A stretch of DNA of 64,000 nucleotides from assembly GCA_000146045.2 (NCBI GenBank), contig BK006936.2, positions 256,001-320,000 of the forward strand, written 5' to 3'. A program made the position numbers and the translations under genes. Positions 25,443 through 36,876 of this stretch are shown piece after piece (positions within the stretch are counted from its first letter, which is position 1; the number at the start of each line of letters is the position of its first letter). Below the pieces are notes generated by a model. That model worked only from the letters and a program-made list of their open reading frames with translations. It was not told the DNA's origin and searched no databases. This DNA comes from TPA_inf: Saccharomyces. Taxonomy: Eukaryota.

Positions 25443-27344
25443 ATGCCAGACAATCTATCATTACATTTAAGCGGCTCTTCAAAAAGATTGAACTCTCGCC
25501 AACTTATGGAATCTTCCAATGAGACCTTTGCGCCAAATAATGTGGATTTGGAAAAAGAGTATAAGTCATCTCAGAGTAATATAACTACCGAAGTTTATGA
25601 GGCATCGAGCTTTGAAGAAAAAGTAAGCTCAGAAAAACCTCAATACAGCTCATTCTGGAAGAAAATCTATTATGAATATGTGGTCGTTGACAAATCAATC
25701 TTGGGTGTTTCTATTCTGGATTCATTTATGTACAACCAGGACTTGAAGCCCGTCGAAAAAGAAAGGCGGGTTTGGTCCTGGTACAATTATTGTTACTTCT
25801 GGCTTGCTGAATGTTTCAATATCAACACTTGGCAAATTGCAGCTACAGGTCTACAACTGGGTCTAAATTGGTGGCAGTGTTGGATAACAATTTGGATTGG
25901 GTACGGTTTCGTTGGTGCTTTTGTTGTTTTGGCCTCTAGAGTTGGATCTGCTTATCATTTGTCATTCCCTATATCATCTAGAGCATCATTCGGTATTTTC
26001 TTCTCTTTATGGCCCGTTATTAACAGAGTCGTCATGGCCATCGTTTGGTATAGTGTCCAAGCTTATATTGCGGCAACTCCCGTATCATTAATGCTGAAAT
26101 CTATCTTTGGAAAAGATTTACAAGACAAAATCCCAGATCACTTTGGATCACCGAATGCTACTACTTACGAGTTCATGTGTTTTTTTATCTTTTGGGCTGC
26201 CAGTCTTCCATTTTTACTGGTTCCACCTCACAAAATTAGACACCTGTTTACTGTTAAAGCCGTCTTGGTTCCGTTTGCTTCTTTTGGTTTCTTAATTTGG
26301 GCTATCAGAAGAGCTCACGGGCGTATTGCCTTAGGATCTTTAACCGATGTACAACCTCATGGCTCTGCCTTTTCGTGGGCTTTTCTAAGATCACTAATGG
26401 GTTGTATGGCTAATTTCTCCACAATGGTAATCAACGCTCCAGATTTCTCTAGATTTTCAAAAAACCCTAACTCCGCTTTATGGTCCCAATTAGTGTGCAT
26501 TCCATTTTTGTTTTCCATCACTTGTTTAATTGGAATTCTAGTCACCGCAGCTGGTTATGAAATATACGGTATTAATTACTGGTCGCCACTCGATGTGCTA
26601 GAAAAATTTTTACAGACTACTTATAATAAGGGCACAAGAGCTGGTGTTTTCTTAATCTCTTTTGTTTTCGCCGTAGCTCAGTTAGGTACTAATATTTCTG
26701 CAAACTCATTATCGTGTGGAACTGATATGTCCGCTATTTTCCCCAAGTTTATCAATATCAAGCGTGGTTCATTATTTTGTGCAGCCATGGCGCTGTGTAT
26801 TTGTCCATGGAATTTAATGGCAACATCAAGTAAATTTACAATGGCTTTGTCCGCATATGCTATCTTTTTGTCCAGTATTGCCGGTGTTGTCTGCTCAGAT
26901 TACTTTGTTGTTAGAAGAGGATATATCAAGCTAACACACATATATTCCCATCAAAAGGGCTCTTTTTATATGTACGGAAACAGGTTTGGTATCAATTGGA
27001 GAGCTTTGGCTGCATATCTATGTGGGGTGGCTCCTTGCTTGCCCGGTTTCATCGCGGAGGTGGGCGCTCCCGCTATAAAGGTTTCTGATGGAGCTATGAA
27101 ACTATATTACCTAAGTTACTGGGTAGGATATGGCTTGAGTTTTTCTTCTTATACTGCTCTGTGTTACTTCTTCCCTGTACCTGGGTGCCCTGTTAACAAC
27201 ATTATAAAGGACAAGGGCTGGTTCCAAAGATGGGCCAATGTCGATGATTTTGAAGAAGAGTGGAAAGACACAATTGAGAGGGATGACCTGGTAGATGACA
27301 ATATTAGTGTCTACGAACACGAACACGAAAAGACTTTCATTTAA
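25443..27344 (+). CDS. FUR4: Uracil permease, NCS1 family (633 aa)
   Basis: The protein is polytopic with about 12 TM segments and a hydrophilic N-terminus. It matches remembered Fur4. Confidence 0.85.
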   Translation: MPDNLSLHLSGSSKRLNSRQLMESSNETFAPNNVDLEKEYKSSQSNITTEVYEASSFEEKVSSEKPQYSSFWKKIYYEYVVVDKSILGVSILDSFMYNQDLKPVEKERRVWSWYNYCYFWLAECFNINTWQIAATGLQLGLNWWQCWITIWIGYGFVGAFVVLASRVGSAYHLSFPISSRASFGIFFSLWPVINRVVMAIVWYSVQAYIAATPVSLMLKSIFGKDLQDKIPDHFGSPNATTYEFMCFFIFWAASLPFLLVPPHKIRHLFTVKAVLVPFASFGFLIWAIRRAHGRIALGSLTDVQPHGSAFSWAFLRSLMGCMANFSTMVINAPDFSRFSKNPNSALWSQLVCIPFLFSITCLIGILVTAAGYEIYGINYWSPLDVLEKFLQTTYNKGTRAGVFLISFVFAVAQLGTNISANSLSCGTDMSAIFPKFINIKRGSLFCAAMALCICPWNLMATSSKFTMALSAYAIFLSSIAGVVCSDYFVVRRGYIKLTHIYSHQKGSFYMYGNRFGINWRALAAYLCGVAPCLPGFIAEVGAPAIKVSDGAMKLYYLSYWVGYGLSFSSYTALCYFFPVPGCPVNNIIKDKGWFQRWANVDDFEEEWKDTIERDDLVDDNISVYEHEHEKTFI

Positions 27345-27737
27345 GCTCTCCATATCTACATCACTTTCTGCATTAATCTGAAATATTTTTCAAATTTTCA
27401 TGTGTAATGATATTAATCCTTATCTATACTACTTACTTCTATTTACGTTCTCTTTAGCATTTACTTTGTGCATTTGGCCTTCAATGAGCATTAATTTCAC
27501 TGGTTTTAATATATTCACTCACTTTCATTCGATTTTTTGTTTGCTTTATGGCTTAGCGTTCTTTCCTCTCTCCTTTCTCTTTTTACACACGAGAAAAAAT
27601 GGATAATTGTTGTATTATGCCATATGCATAACTTTACGATTCGTTATGCTATGCGAACTTGAAGCCCAGATTTCTACACGAAAAGTTTGAGTTTATTAGT
27701 ATCTTCTCCAAGATAAATATAGCATCAAGTTACAGGT

Positions 27738-28271
27738 ATGTCGAACATCACTTATGTCAAAGGTAACATCTTAAAACCAAAGTCATATGCTAGGATCCTC
27801 ATCCATTCTTGCAACTGCAATGGCTCGTGGGGTGGTGGGATCGCTTATCAACTTGCTTTGCGCTACCCAAAAGCAGAGAAAGATTACGTTGAAGTATGCG
27901 AAAAGTATGGTTCTAATTTACTAGGCAAATGCATATTACTTCCCAGTTACGAAAACTCAGATCTGCTGATTTGTTGCTTGTTTACATCATCATTTGGAGG
28001 TTCAAGTCATGGAGAAAAGCAAAGTATTTTGAATTATACAAAACTTGCTTTAGATAAATTGAAGACCTTTAGAGAAGCAAAAGACAAAACTCGAACAAGT
28101 GAAGATTCAATCGGTGACTATTTAAACGGCCACATCAAATACCCAATAGGGGAATATAAATTGGAAATGCCACAGATAAATAGTGGCATATTCGGAGTCC
28201 CTTGGAAAGAGACAGAACGCGTGTTAGAAGAATTTAGTGGCGACATGAGTTTTACAGTATATCAGCTGTAA
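27738..28271 (+). CDS. POA1: Macro-domain ADP-ribose-1''-phosphate phosphatase (177 aa)
   Basis: Its size, position between FUR4 and CHS3, and macro-like N-terminus ([33 protein letters not shown]) match remembered YBR022W. Confidence 0.7.
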
Positions 28272-28427
28272 TTGCCTTAGCCACGTAATATGTGCCTTTA
28301 AAGATAGAGAAATATTTATTTATTAAGTTTTAGTTCTAAGGTGTGTTAAAATACCTCTCAAATAAATAAGTTACACACAACCATATATCAACTTGTAAGT
28401 ATCACAGTAAAAATATTTTCATACTGT

Positions 28428-31400
28428 CTATGCAACGAAGGAGTCACTTTCCTCCTTCCGATTGAGAATATCTTCCCTTTCAAATTCCCTCCATGTCCTC
28501 ATTTTAATCTTTGAGTGATCAAATTCACCTTCATTCTCGTCTTGTGCCTTTTTATTACCTCCCGCAATAGTTCTCGTATCACCCCATGAGAAGTCATCAA
28601 ATTTCCAGTACGCATATGAAGGTAGTACGAAATTCCAAATAGGCAAAGCACAAATATATACGCACATCCACCATAGGTACGACCATCTCGTAGCAGTTAT
28701 AACAACAATTAAGCCGGGCAGACCAAGAATAATTGCCAGTAAAACTAAAGTGATTACGGGTGTAGGTTTTGATACAATGGCAAAAATAATGACATAAATA
28801 GTAAAGCAAATGGCTAACGGCAGTACCATAGTACCAATCAATTCAATACCAATCACAAATTGCATGGAAAAACAGAAAGTGCCACATAAGTCTCTGATTA
28901 GAACTAATTCAAAAAGGTTATGTACCGTAGAATTAATCCATCTTCGACGCTGGGAAAGTAAGACTTTGAATTTATCAGGGGCAATAGTTTTACAAGCAGC
29001 TTTTGGAACAAATACTTGCTTTCTCTTAGGGAAAGTCTTTAACATTAATGAAGATAAAAATCTATCTTCACCAAGTAATAATAAGTTCTTCTTATGCAAA
29101 GTGTTTGTAACATTATCCGAATATCTTTCAACAATATCTGGATTTGCCAATACAGGTACCCAATAACCATCTGAACCTTTAGGAGATTTTATACGATACA
29201 TTGAGAAACATCCCGGCAAACAAGTTACCGAACCGAAGACAGATTCAAAAGCTTTAGCCTGATGATGCGAAATATAGTACTCAAACACTTGAATTGCAGT
29301 TACCCAAGATTGTGCCTTATTAGCGATCTTGGTCTCACCACAAAGACCCATAATCAAAGGATCTTTAACCATTTCAGCGACCATATGAGTTAAAGCATCG
29401 GGAAAGACTTTAGTATCAGCATCAACCATAAGTACCGTTTCGTAGAAGTCTGCCATTAGCCCCGTAATCTGCCAAATATTTTTTAAAAGCTGAAATTCCA
29501 ATTGAGTCATTCTTTCATCAAATGTTATTTTTTCTAAAAAGGACATCAGAATAATTTGAGAATCACGCTTACCTCTGTTACCGGGTTTGGCGGCCCCCTG
29601 CTCTGCAGGAGTACCGCACTTCACAATTGTAATGATTGGGACACGTTGTTGATTTTCTGGTGGAATTGTAGAATCGTCATATTTGTAAAAACCCGCATAT
29701 ATCTTGGCCATATTGTGTCTTTTAGAGCCTGATGCCACTGCCACATAGGAGTAAGGTTTAACTTCATCAGGTGGGGTGACAAAGTCGTCCATCATTCCTA
29801 ACGCTATCTCTGGAGTAGTCTTATCGTTGCCCGAGCCCTTAATTAAACCATCACAAACAACCATCAGTAGTTTATGGGAATTTGGATAATCTGTGGTAGA
29901 AAGAGAGTCTAAAGTGGTTCTTAAACCCTCTTCATCCTCAGAATAACAAGTAACAAAACAGATAGTATGAATCAATGGGAACCCGTATGGCATAAAATCC
30001 AGTGGTGGTTGTTGAACGATATCGGGATGTATAATCGTCGAATCAAGACTCTGAATCAGCGATGATCCTGGTACAGGAGAGGAAGTCGCTTTATTCCAAA
30101 ACATCGAGGATGTAGGCAACAAAGTAGATGGATTACGGGAATGTACAGCTTTGTTTTCATTCGAGAGTTTCCAAGCATTTTGAGTGGTCATTGTTGTCAT
30201 TCCTCTGTATGAACCAGAAGATTGTAGTGAACTGCTCATGGAGGTGTCTAGATCTATCACAGATTCGTTAAATTGAAACATTTTGGAGCTGTGTTTTTTC
30301 AGCAAGTCAAAGGTTGAAGCACGCTTGTGTCCCAACGACTTTTTTGAGTATTTCTTTGGCCTCAAATGAGGATCTACTTCCTTTAGAGGAGCTTTTGTTT
30401 GAATATTATTAGACCAATCCTCGATATCGTTTGTGTGTTTATCCATTGTTTTATTGTCCACGATATATGCACCTTGTTTCCTAGCTACAGTCCAACGGAA
30501 GTAGCAGGCAATTATGAATTTAATTATCACCACTGAAAGAATAAATACCAGAGAAACATACAAAACGACATCAGAGGCAATACAACCGACGGTTTTGGAG
30601 TCTACTTCACCAACTTTAATAATTTCGCTCAAACATCTCGCAATTTTTCTTTCATGCCCATTTGACAAAACCAACGAAAGATCATAACCTTGTAAATTTG
30701 AAGTCTTCAAGTCATCGAATACAACGGGATAGTCAACGTCATCCTTTTCCAACCAATCAAGAAGATCTAAATCCAAAACGTCGCCATTATAAACAATCAA
30801 GTTTCTAGAAGAGTTCTTTATACCATCCCAAGTGAAGTAAACATCAGCTTTCGACTTTAAACCGTAAAATGCGTCCCTATCTTCTTTAGACGTATGACAG
30901 TTCCATCCTGCGTAATTTTCAACTGTGAAGTTTGGCTTCGAAGAGCCATCTTGATTCTTTAACTTACAAGGAAAATACCATGCTAAATTATTATCATCGT
31001 CATGGGGAATGGAAGAATTACTCTTTGGAGTTATAAGGTTATGACAGTTACCATTCACATTTTGAAACAAGAACGAAGCATCTTTACCAGCATCTGACCA
31101 GGGCCCATAAAGGGTGTCTGAATCTACTTCAACGTCTTGTATACCGGAACGCGAGGAAGTATCCAATTCATAAGCCTTACCGTTAATTACGACAAATTCT
31201 GTTGATACTTCGTTGTTTTTCAAACGTAGTTTCGAACTACTACAAACGGTTTTAGTGAAACCAAAAGTCAGGAAAGCCACAATCGCACCAATGTACAAGA
31301 TGACAGAAATTAAAGCAACCTTTTCTCTCCACGCCATTTGTCTTTCCTTCTTTGGCATCCCGCAGAAAGCAAGAATTGGAGCAGGTGCCCAAAACGTAAT

Positions 31401-31925
31401 GAAATAACAGTACATCTGCCAAAATGACAATGTATCATTCGTTTCCTTTCTTAATGGTTTGATAGACTTATTTATGGGCTGCGTGGAGCTTTCTTCGAAA
31501 TTGTCCACATCACCATCTTTATCAAATTCGTCTTCCGCAACACCTTCATCACTTATTTTAACGGAAGCCTTCTTGTCAGTAGTATTCATATCTTGTAAAA
31601 GATAGCTATCCGTTTCGCGGCCACTAAATTTGCTTCTCACTGAGCCTTTGGAGCGCAGGGAGCCACTCCGACGAGTTGCATTTGGGTTTACACCGGTACT
31701 TGATGGTAAAACATCCAGGTGATTCATCTGCTCCTGCGTTTTCTGCGCATAATAAAAATGTGGATTATCAGGATTGTTCAGTCGGCTTCTTTCGGGCCGC
31801 ACTAAAGAGCCTTGTCTATGAGGTGCTCCTGAGCCGACACTGTGTCTTGACCTAAGTAGAGACTCTTCATCTTGATTAAGGTTCAGATAGTAGTCATCAG
31901 GATCATCTCCATTCAAGCCGGTCAT
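28428..31925 (-). CDS. CHS3: Chitin synthase III catalytic subunit (class IV, 1165 aa)
   Basis: It has a GT2 catalytic core with QRRRW (LSQRRRWINST) and multiple TM segments. The length and sequence match remembered Chs3. Confidence 0.92.
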   Translation of the reverse strand: MTGLNGDDPDDYYLNLNQDEESLLRSRHSVGSGAPHRQGSLVRPERSRLNNPDNPHFYYAQKTQEQMNHLDVLPSSTGVNPNATRRSGSLRSKGSVRSKFSGRETDSYLLQDMNTTDKKASVKISDEGVAEDEFDKDGDVDNFEESSTQPINKSIKPLRKETNDTLSFWQMYCYFITFWAPAPILAFCGMPKKERQMAWREKVALISVILYIGAIVAFLTFGFTKTVCSSSKLRLKNNEVSTEFVVINGKAYELDTSSRSGIQDVEVDSDTLYGPWSDAGKDASFLFQNVNGNCHNLITPKSNSSIPHDDDNNLAWYFPCKLKNQDGSSKPNFTVENYAGWNCHTSKEDRDAFYGLKSKADVYFTWDGIKNSSRNLIVYNGDVLDLDLLDWLEKDDVDYPVVFDDLKTSNLQGYDLSLVLSNGHERKIARCLSEIIKVGEVDSKTVGCIASDVVLYVSLVFILSVVIIKFIIACYFRWTVARKQGAYIVDNKTMDKHTNDIEDWSNNIQTKAPLKEVDPHLRPKKYSKKSLGHKRASTFDLLKKHSSKMFQFNESVIDLDTSMSSSLQSSGSYRGMTTMTTQNAWKLSNENKAVHSRNPSTLLPTSSMFWNKATSSPVPGSSLIQSLDSTIIHPDIVQQPPLDFMPYGFPLIHTICFVTCYSEDEEGLRTTLDSLSTTDYPNSHKLLMVVCDGLIKGSGNDKTTPEIALGMMDDFVTPPDEVKPYSYVAVASGSKRHNMAKIYAGFYKYDDSTIPPENQQRVPIITIVKCGTPAEQGAAKPGNRGKRDSQIILMSFLEKITFDERMTQLEFQLLKNIWQITGLMADFYETVLMVDADTKVFPDALTHMVAEMVKDPLIMGLCGETKIANKAQSWVTAIQVFEYYISHHQAKAFESVFGSVTCLPGCFSMYRIKSPKGSDGYWVPVLANPDIVERYSDNVTNTLHKKNLLLLGEDRFLSSLMLKTFPKRKQVFVPKAACKTIAPDKFKVLLSQRRRWINSTVHNLFELVLIRDLCGTFCFSMQFVIGIELIGTMVLPLAICFTIYVIIFAIVSKPTPVITLVLLAIILGLPGLIVVITATRWSYLWWMCVYICALPIWNFVLPSYAYWKFDDFSWGDTRTIAGGNKKAQDENEGEFDHSKIKMRTWREFEREDILNRKEESDSFVA

Positions 31926-33444
31926 TCTAATTTCTTTCCTGCGGATAGTCTAAACAGGACCTTTGAAGAAAATGGGACCTACACCAAAAATACTCGAGAA
32001 CTTTGCAAATCGGTAAACGTTTATAACCGTCTACCAATGTGATTCTTCTAGCAGGATTTACTACAAGTCGAAATGTTGGTACTGAATGTAAATCTGAAAC
32101 ACAGGAAAGAATATTTTTGATTTCTATTTTTATGCTCTTATTTTCATTTTTGATTTTTTTTTTCGAGGTCTGCGCCAGCGCCAATAACGCGTTTTATCCA
32201 AATAGGCAGCCAAAGAGGGTCACCTATGCAGGTGCTGAATGCAATACAACTGCGGGCTAACTGTCCATCGACGCTATTGAATATGCTTCAAGAAATATCC
32301 AGTCTCATGCACATGTCAAATATGTGGGTGAGGGCGCAAATACAACGCACGATTATATATACATTTGTGGCTACGTAGTACGTGCGGAGATAGGCAGGTA
32401 TTTGTTCAAGGATGTAAATAAGAACTACAATGCTTAGTTCTCGAATCCTAGAATGTGAGTAAATCTCACAAGCACCGCTTCTATAAATTTGTCTAGGGTA
32501 ATTTGTAATCTTTTCCCATGCGGATTCTCTTAAATACGGTACAGCCGTCGCTGCTGCGGTGTGATTCTGGTTTCATAGATCTGGAAAAAGAAAGCGAGAC
32601 ACAATACAAGAGCTTTGTGACACAGCGTACGGAGAGAATAAGATAAAGAACAGTTCCTGGCGTTTTTAATTGAACTTTTGTACTCGTCTCTTTATTCTCA
32701 CGAATTTTTTTACCGCCGTTTTCATTTCCATTGCAAAGGAGGGAAAATATAAATGTTTTTATAGAGGCAGTATATCTTTAATTTCATAGCATATGCAGTT
32801 TAGAAAAAAGACGTAAATTCGTTGCCCTAGTCACGCTGGTTACATAAATTGGTCGTTGAATTGACTTTTAAGACATCCAGTTGGTGTGTTTGCTCCAAAT
32901 AGTGCTGACGCATCTTGCCAATTCTCGTCAATTTAGCACGGAATGCTTGTTACTTATTCGATAACGCTTTTACCTTGATTGCATGTAGTCACTATCCTCA
33001 AACCTTTTCTAAGGTTGCCCTATTGGCGACAGAAAAGCAGGACGAGAAATCTAAATAACCAACGTGTGGTTTATTAACTATGACGGTTGGTTTGCTTGCC
33101 GCCCCAAGTTATAGAAGACTGCCCTTCATCCCGGGGTAGCTATCATAGAATCTGTCGATAGTTACAATTTTGGGTGGGGTGTTTTCAAAAATGGACGGAT
33201 ATGCCGGTCTTTGAAACTTCGATGATGTAGCCTATTGTTTTAATTTTCTGCTTGATCCTTTCGCTCTTTTTAGGGATAAAAAAGAAAACCTAACAAAGTA
33301 TGAATTTCGAGAAGTCCCATCGATAGTAGTCAAACAATTGCTAAAGAGGGCTACGGATCGTCTACAATACCTTCGTAAAACAGCAGCTTACAGGATCTTT
33401 TATAATATCACCATAGAAAGGGGAATTTGGGAAGCGAGAGTAAA

Positions 33445-34350
33445 ATGTTGAATAGTTCAAGAAAATATGCTTGTCGTTCCCTATTCAGACAAGCGAACGT
33501 CTCAATAAAAGGACTCTTTTATAATGGAGGCGCATATCGAAGAGGGTTTTCAACGGGATGTTGTTTGAGGAGTGATAACAAGGAAAGCCCAAGTGCAAGA
33601 CAACCACTAGATAGGCTACAACTAGGTGATGAAATCAATGAACCAGAGCCTATTAGAACCAGGTTTTTTCAATTTTCCAGATGGAAGGCCACCATTGCTC
33701 TATTGTTGCTAAGTGGTGGGACGTATGCCTATTTATCAAGAAAAAGACGCTTGCTAGAAACTGAAAAGGAAGCAGATGCTAACAGAGCTTACGGTTCAGT
33801 AGCACTTGGCGGTCCTTTCAATTTAACAGATTTTAATGGTAAGCCTTTCACTGAGGAGAATTTGAAGGGTAAGTTTTCCATTTTATACTTTGGATTCAGT
33901 CATTGCCCCGACATTTGTCCAGAAGAGCTTGACAGATTAACGTATTGGATTTCTGAATTAGATGATAAAGACCATATAAAGATACAGCCATTGTTTATCT
34001 CATGTGATCCTGCAAGAGATACACCGGATGTCTTGAAAGAGTACTTAAGCGATTTTCACCCAGCTATCATTGGTTTAACCGGTACGTACGACCAAGTGAA
34101 AAGCGTATGCAAAAAATACAAGGTATATTTTTCAACTCCACGTGATGTCAAGCCCAACCAGGATTACTTAGTGGACCATTCGATATTTTTCTATTTGATC
34201 GACCCTGAAGGACAGTTTATCGATGCGTTGGGAAGAAACTACGATGAGCAATCTGGTCTCGAAAAGATTCGTGAACAAATTCAGGCGTATGTGCCAAAGG
34301 AAGAACGGGAGCGTAGGTCAAAAAAATGGTACTCTTTTATCTTCAATTGA
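33445..34350 (+). CDS. SCO2: Mitochondrial inner-membrane copper chaperone, SCO family (301 aa)
   Basis: It has a thioredoxin-like fold with the CPDIC copper-binding motif (FGFSHCPDICPEEL). The start is placed at MLNSSRKYA, internal to track ORF 33427. Confidence 0.85.
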   Translation: MLNSSRKYACRSLFRQANVSIKGLFYNGGAYRRGFSTGCCLRSDNKESPSARQPLDRLQLGDEINEPEPIRTRFFQFSRWKATIALLLLSGGTYAYLSRKRRLLETEKEADANRAYGSVALGGPFNLTDFNGKPFTEENLKGKFSILYFGFSHCPDICPEELDRLTYWISELDDKDHIKIQPLFISCDPARDTPDVLKEYLSDFHPAIIGLTGTYDQVKSVCKKYKVYFSTPRDVKPNQDYLVDHSIFFYLIDPEGQFIDALGRNYDEQSGLEKIREQIQAYVPKEERERRSKKWYSFIFN

Positions 34351-34680
34351 GCAAAAAAAAAAAGAAAAAGACACAGCTAGGATACCGAACTTATGGGTCG
34401 TTCAATTTAACAGTTACATTGTAAATAGAAAAAAATAGTAAAAAAAATGAAAGTCAAATGATTATGCTTGTCAGTTCAAATTATTAATTGGGCTTAAGGG
34501 CGTAAACATGCGGGAATAATAAACATACATACACACATACATAAAATCCGATGCCATCCACTCGCGAGATTGCTTTTTTCCTTTCGTTTCTCTTTCAAGA
34601 AAATCATGTTGAAAATTTCTATGATGATATATAGTAGGGAACTAAACCAAATAAAGAAAAGTCAACTTTAGTGCACGAAA

Positions 34681-35865
34681 TCAATTCTTACCAGCACCAG
34701 CTCTGAAGTAAATGATATCACCGTCTTCAACGACATAGTCTTTACCCTTTTGCATCAACTTACCAGCGGCCTTGATGGCAGAATCGTCCTTATATTCGAA
34801 GACATCTTCACATTTCATAACTTGAGCCAAAATAAAGGTATTCATTAAATCGTTATGAATAACACCAGCAGCTTGTGGAGCTTTAGTACCTCTTCTGATG
34901 GTCCATTCACGAACTTCATCTGGACCGCAGGTGAAAAAGGAAATCAAATCTAACTTTTGTCTCATGGTAGTGATAATCTTTGGCAAGGCAGATATTGTCT
35001 GCAGTTTCTTCAATTCTTCTTCAGCATCTTCTGGGGACATATGAGATAGTCTTTCTTCTAGAGAAACACTGAATGGAATGATCAAGTCACCTGGAGAGTA
35101 CTTGTCTACCCATTCCTTGATTCTTAGCAGATGCTTGTTTTTCTTTCTGATGTAATCTCTTTCAGATAAATTAATCAAATAGATACATGGCTTAGCAGTC
35201 AACAAGAACATGGAGTTGATAATTTCAACTTCTTTTGAAGTCCAGGAGTGATTAGCAACTCTTTGACCACTCTCTAGCAATTTAATGATTTTCGTAATCA
35301 AATCCATTTCTTCCTTCTTTTGTTTGACTTCCAAAGATTGACCACCTCTTTTGGCAATCTTTTCAGCACCTTCCAAAGCCTTTTGTGCGAATTCAATATC
35401 TTTCAATCTTAGTTCTTGGTTAATAATTTCTAAATCACGAACTGGATCAACGTCACCCTCAACGTGGATAATTTCAGCATCATCGAAACAACGAACGACT
35501 TGGTAGATAGAATCGACTGATCTGATGTGAGACAAGAAAGCATTACCCAAACCTTCACCAGCAGAGGCACCCTTAGTCAAACCAGCAATATCGTAAACGG
35601 TCAAATGAGCTGGAACTTCCGAAGCTGTCTTCTTGTAGATTTCACACAACTTATCAAATCTTGGAGATGGGACAATAACACGGGCTTCTTCTGGATCAAT
35701 GGTAGCGAATGGATAGTTAGCTGGGTTACCCAATGGACATCTAGTGATGGCTTGGAAAAAGGTAGACTTACCAACATTGGCCAAACCGACAATACCGGCT
35801 TTCAAGTTATTACCTGGACGACCCAATAAGACCTTTTTTTCTTCGACTTGCTTCTTTGGAGGCAT
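34681..35865 (-). CDS. OLA1: Obg-like ATPase, YchF family (394 aa)
   Basis: It has a P-loop GLANVGKST, a TGS domain and a NxxE motif. It matches remembered YBR025C. Confidence 0.88.
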   Translation of the reverse strand: MPPKKQVEEKKVLLGRPGNNLKAGIVGLANVGKSTFFQAITRCPLGNPANYPFATIDPEEARVIVPSPRFDKLCEIYKKTASEVPAHLTVYDIAGLTKGASAGEGLGNAFLSHIRSVDSIYQVVRCFDDAEIIHVEGDVDPVRDLEIINQELRLKDIEFAQKALEGAEKIAKRGGQSLEVKQKKEEMDLITKIIKLLESGQRVANHSWTSKEVEIINSMFLLTAKPCIYLINLSERDYIRKKNKHLLRIKEWVDKYSPGDLIIPFSVSLEERLSHMSPEDAEEELKKLQTISALPKIITTMRQKLDLISFFTCGPDEVREWTIRRGTKAPQAAGVIHNDLMNTFILAQVMKCEDVFEYKDDSAIKAAGKLMQKGKDYVVEDGDIIYFRAGAGKN

Positions 35866-36876
35866 GTTTTACAGTGCTATTTATTTGATTGTTTTTACGG
35901 ATACTAGAAGTAACACAAAAAGCTAAAAAAGGCAAAATGCAATAAAAAATTAGTACTAATTATCAACTGAATACACTACTAAATACGATTTCTCGCAACG
36001 AAAGGTATGAGAGAGAAGACGTAAGTTGACTTTCACTGCATCCTTCCTTTTGGGTCATAAAATCGCTGGGATGGCCCTTGAAAAAATTTTTTCAGTGAAA
36101 AAAAAAAGAATTTTCGAGAAAAAAAAAAAATTAGGAATTGTGCGTGGTCATTCAATACGGAGAATTAAGTAACACGCAACAACTGCATTCTGCCTTAGTT
36201 GTCTCAAGGCAAATTGGCACCAACAATATGAACTTGTTGTAAAGCTCAACTCCAAAGAAGGGAAACTACTCAGATTTGTTTTCTTCAGTTTAACAGGCGT
36301 ATCTTCTGCAAATCTACTACGTTTCCTACCGAAGACTTCGCTCTACGAGAATTCTTAGGTTTCTACGAGTTACGCGCCCTTCTTCGAACGCCATTCTCAG
36401 GAAAAATTGCATTTACGTAATCTTTTGTTCTAATTGATATAATGGCTATTTATACGTAATATCATGCTTAAGAACCAAGAAAGCCAATAATGGCATTCGG
36501 AGGAAGCAATCAGTGAGGAAAATTGTTGATTAAGCTAGATATTTCTATATCTAGTAGATCTTGTCAAGTTGAAGTAGCGAATAGGACTCCTGTATTGCTA
36601 TTGTGATGTTTTTTTATTGTACAGTAGTTGTATAACTTATCGTTGGTATTAACTACCGTTTGTTTATACATCATGCTCATTATCTCGTCCTGACTAATGT
36701 GAAAGGATCGATATATACATTGAAGGGTCGACGTCCCCTTTTATTAGCTCCTACAAAGATAGCACTGGCATATATTTTTTAATGTCTTGGTATATATTAT
36801 ATAGCAACTATACTCGATGTCATAAAGAGGAATACTATCTTTGGTGGTTGTCTAACTCTGAGCAATGCTAAGGCCC

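Noticed and set aside
32744-32754. Perfect 11 of 11 match to the ARS consensus (complement of ATTTATATTTT) in the CHS3-SCO2 intergenic region
   Set aside because: A single ARS consensus match is expected by chance every few kb in AT-rich yeast intergenic DNA. I found no flanking B elements and no second match by eye, so this is not sufficient to call an origin.
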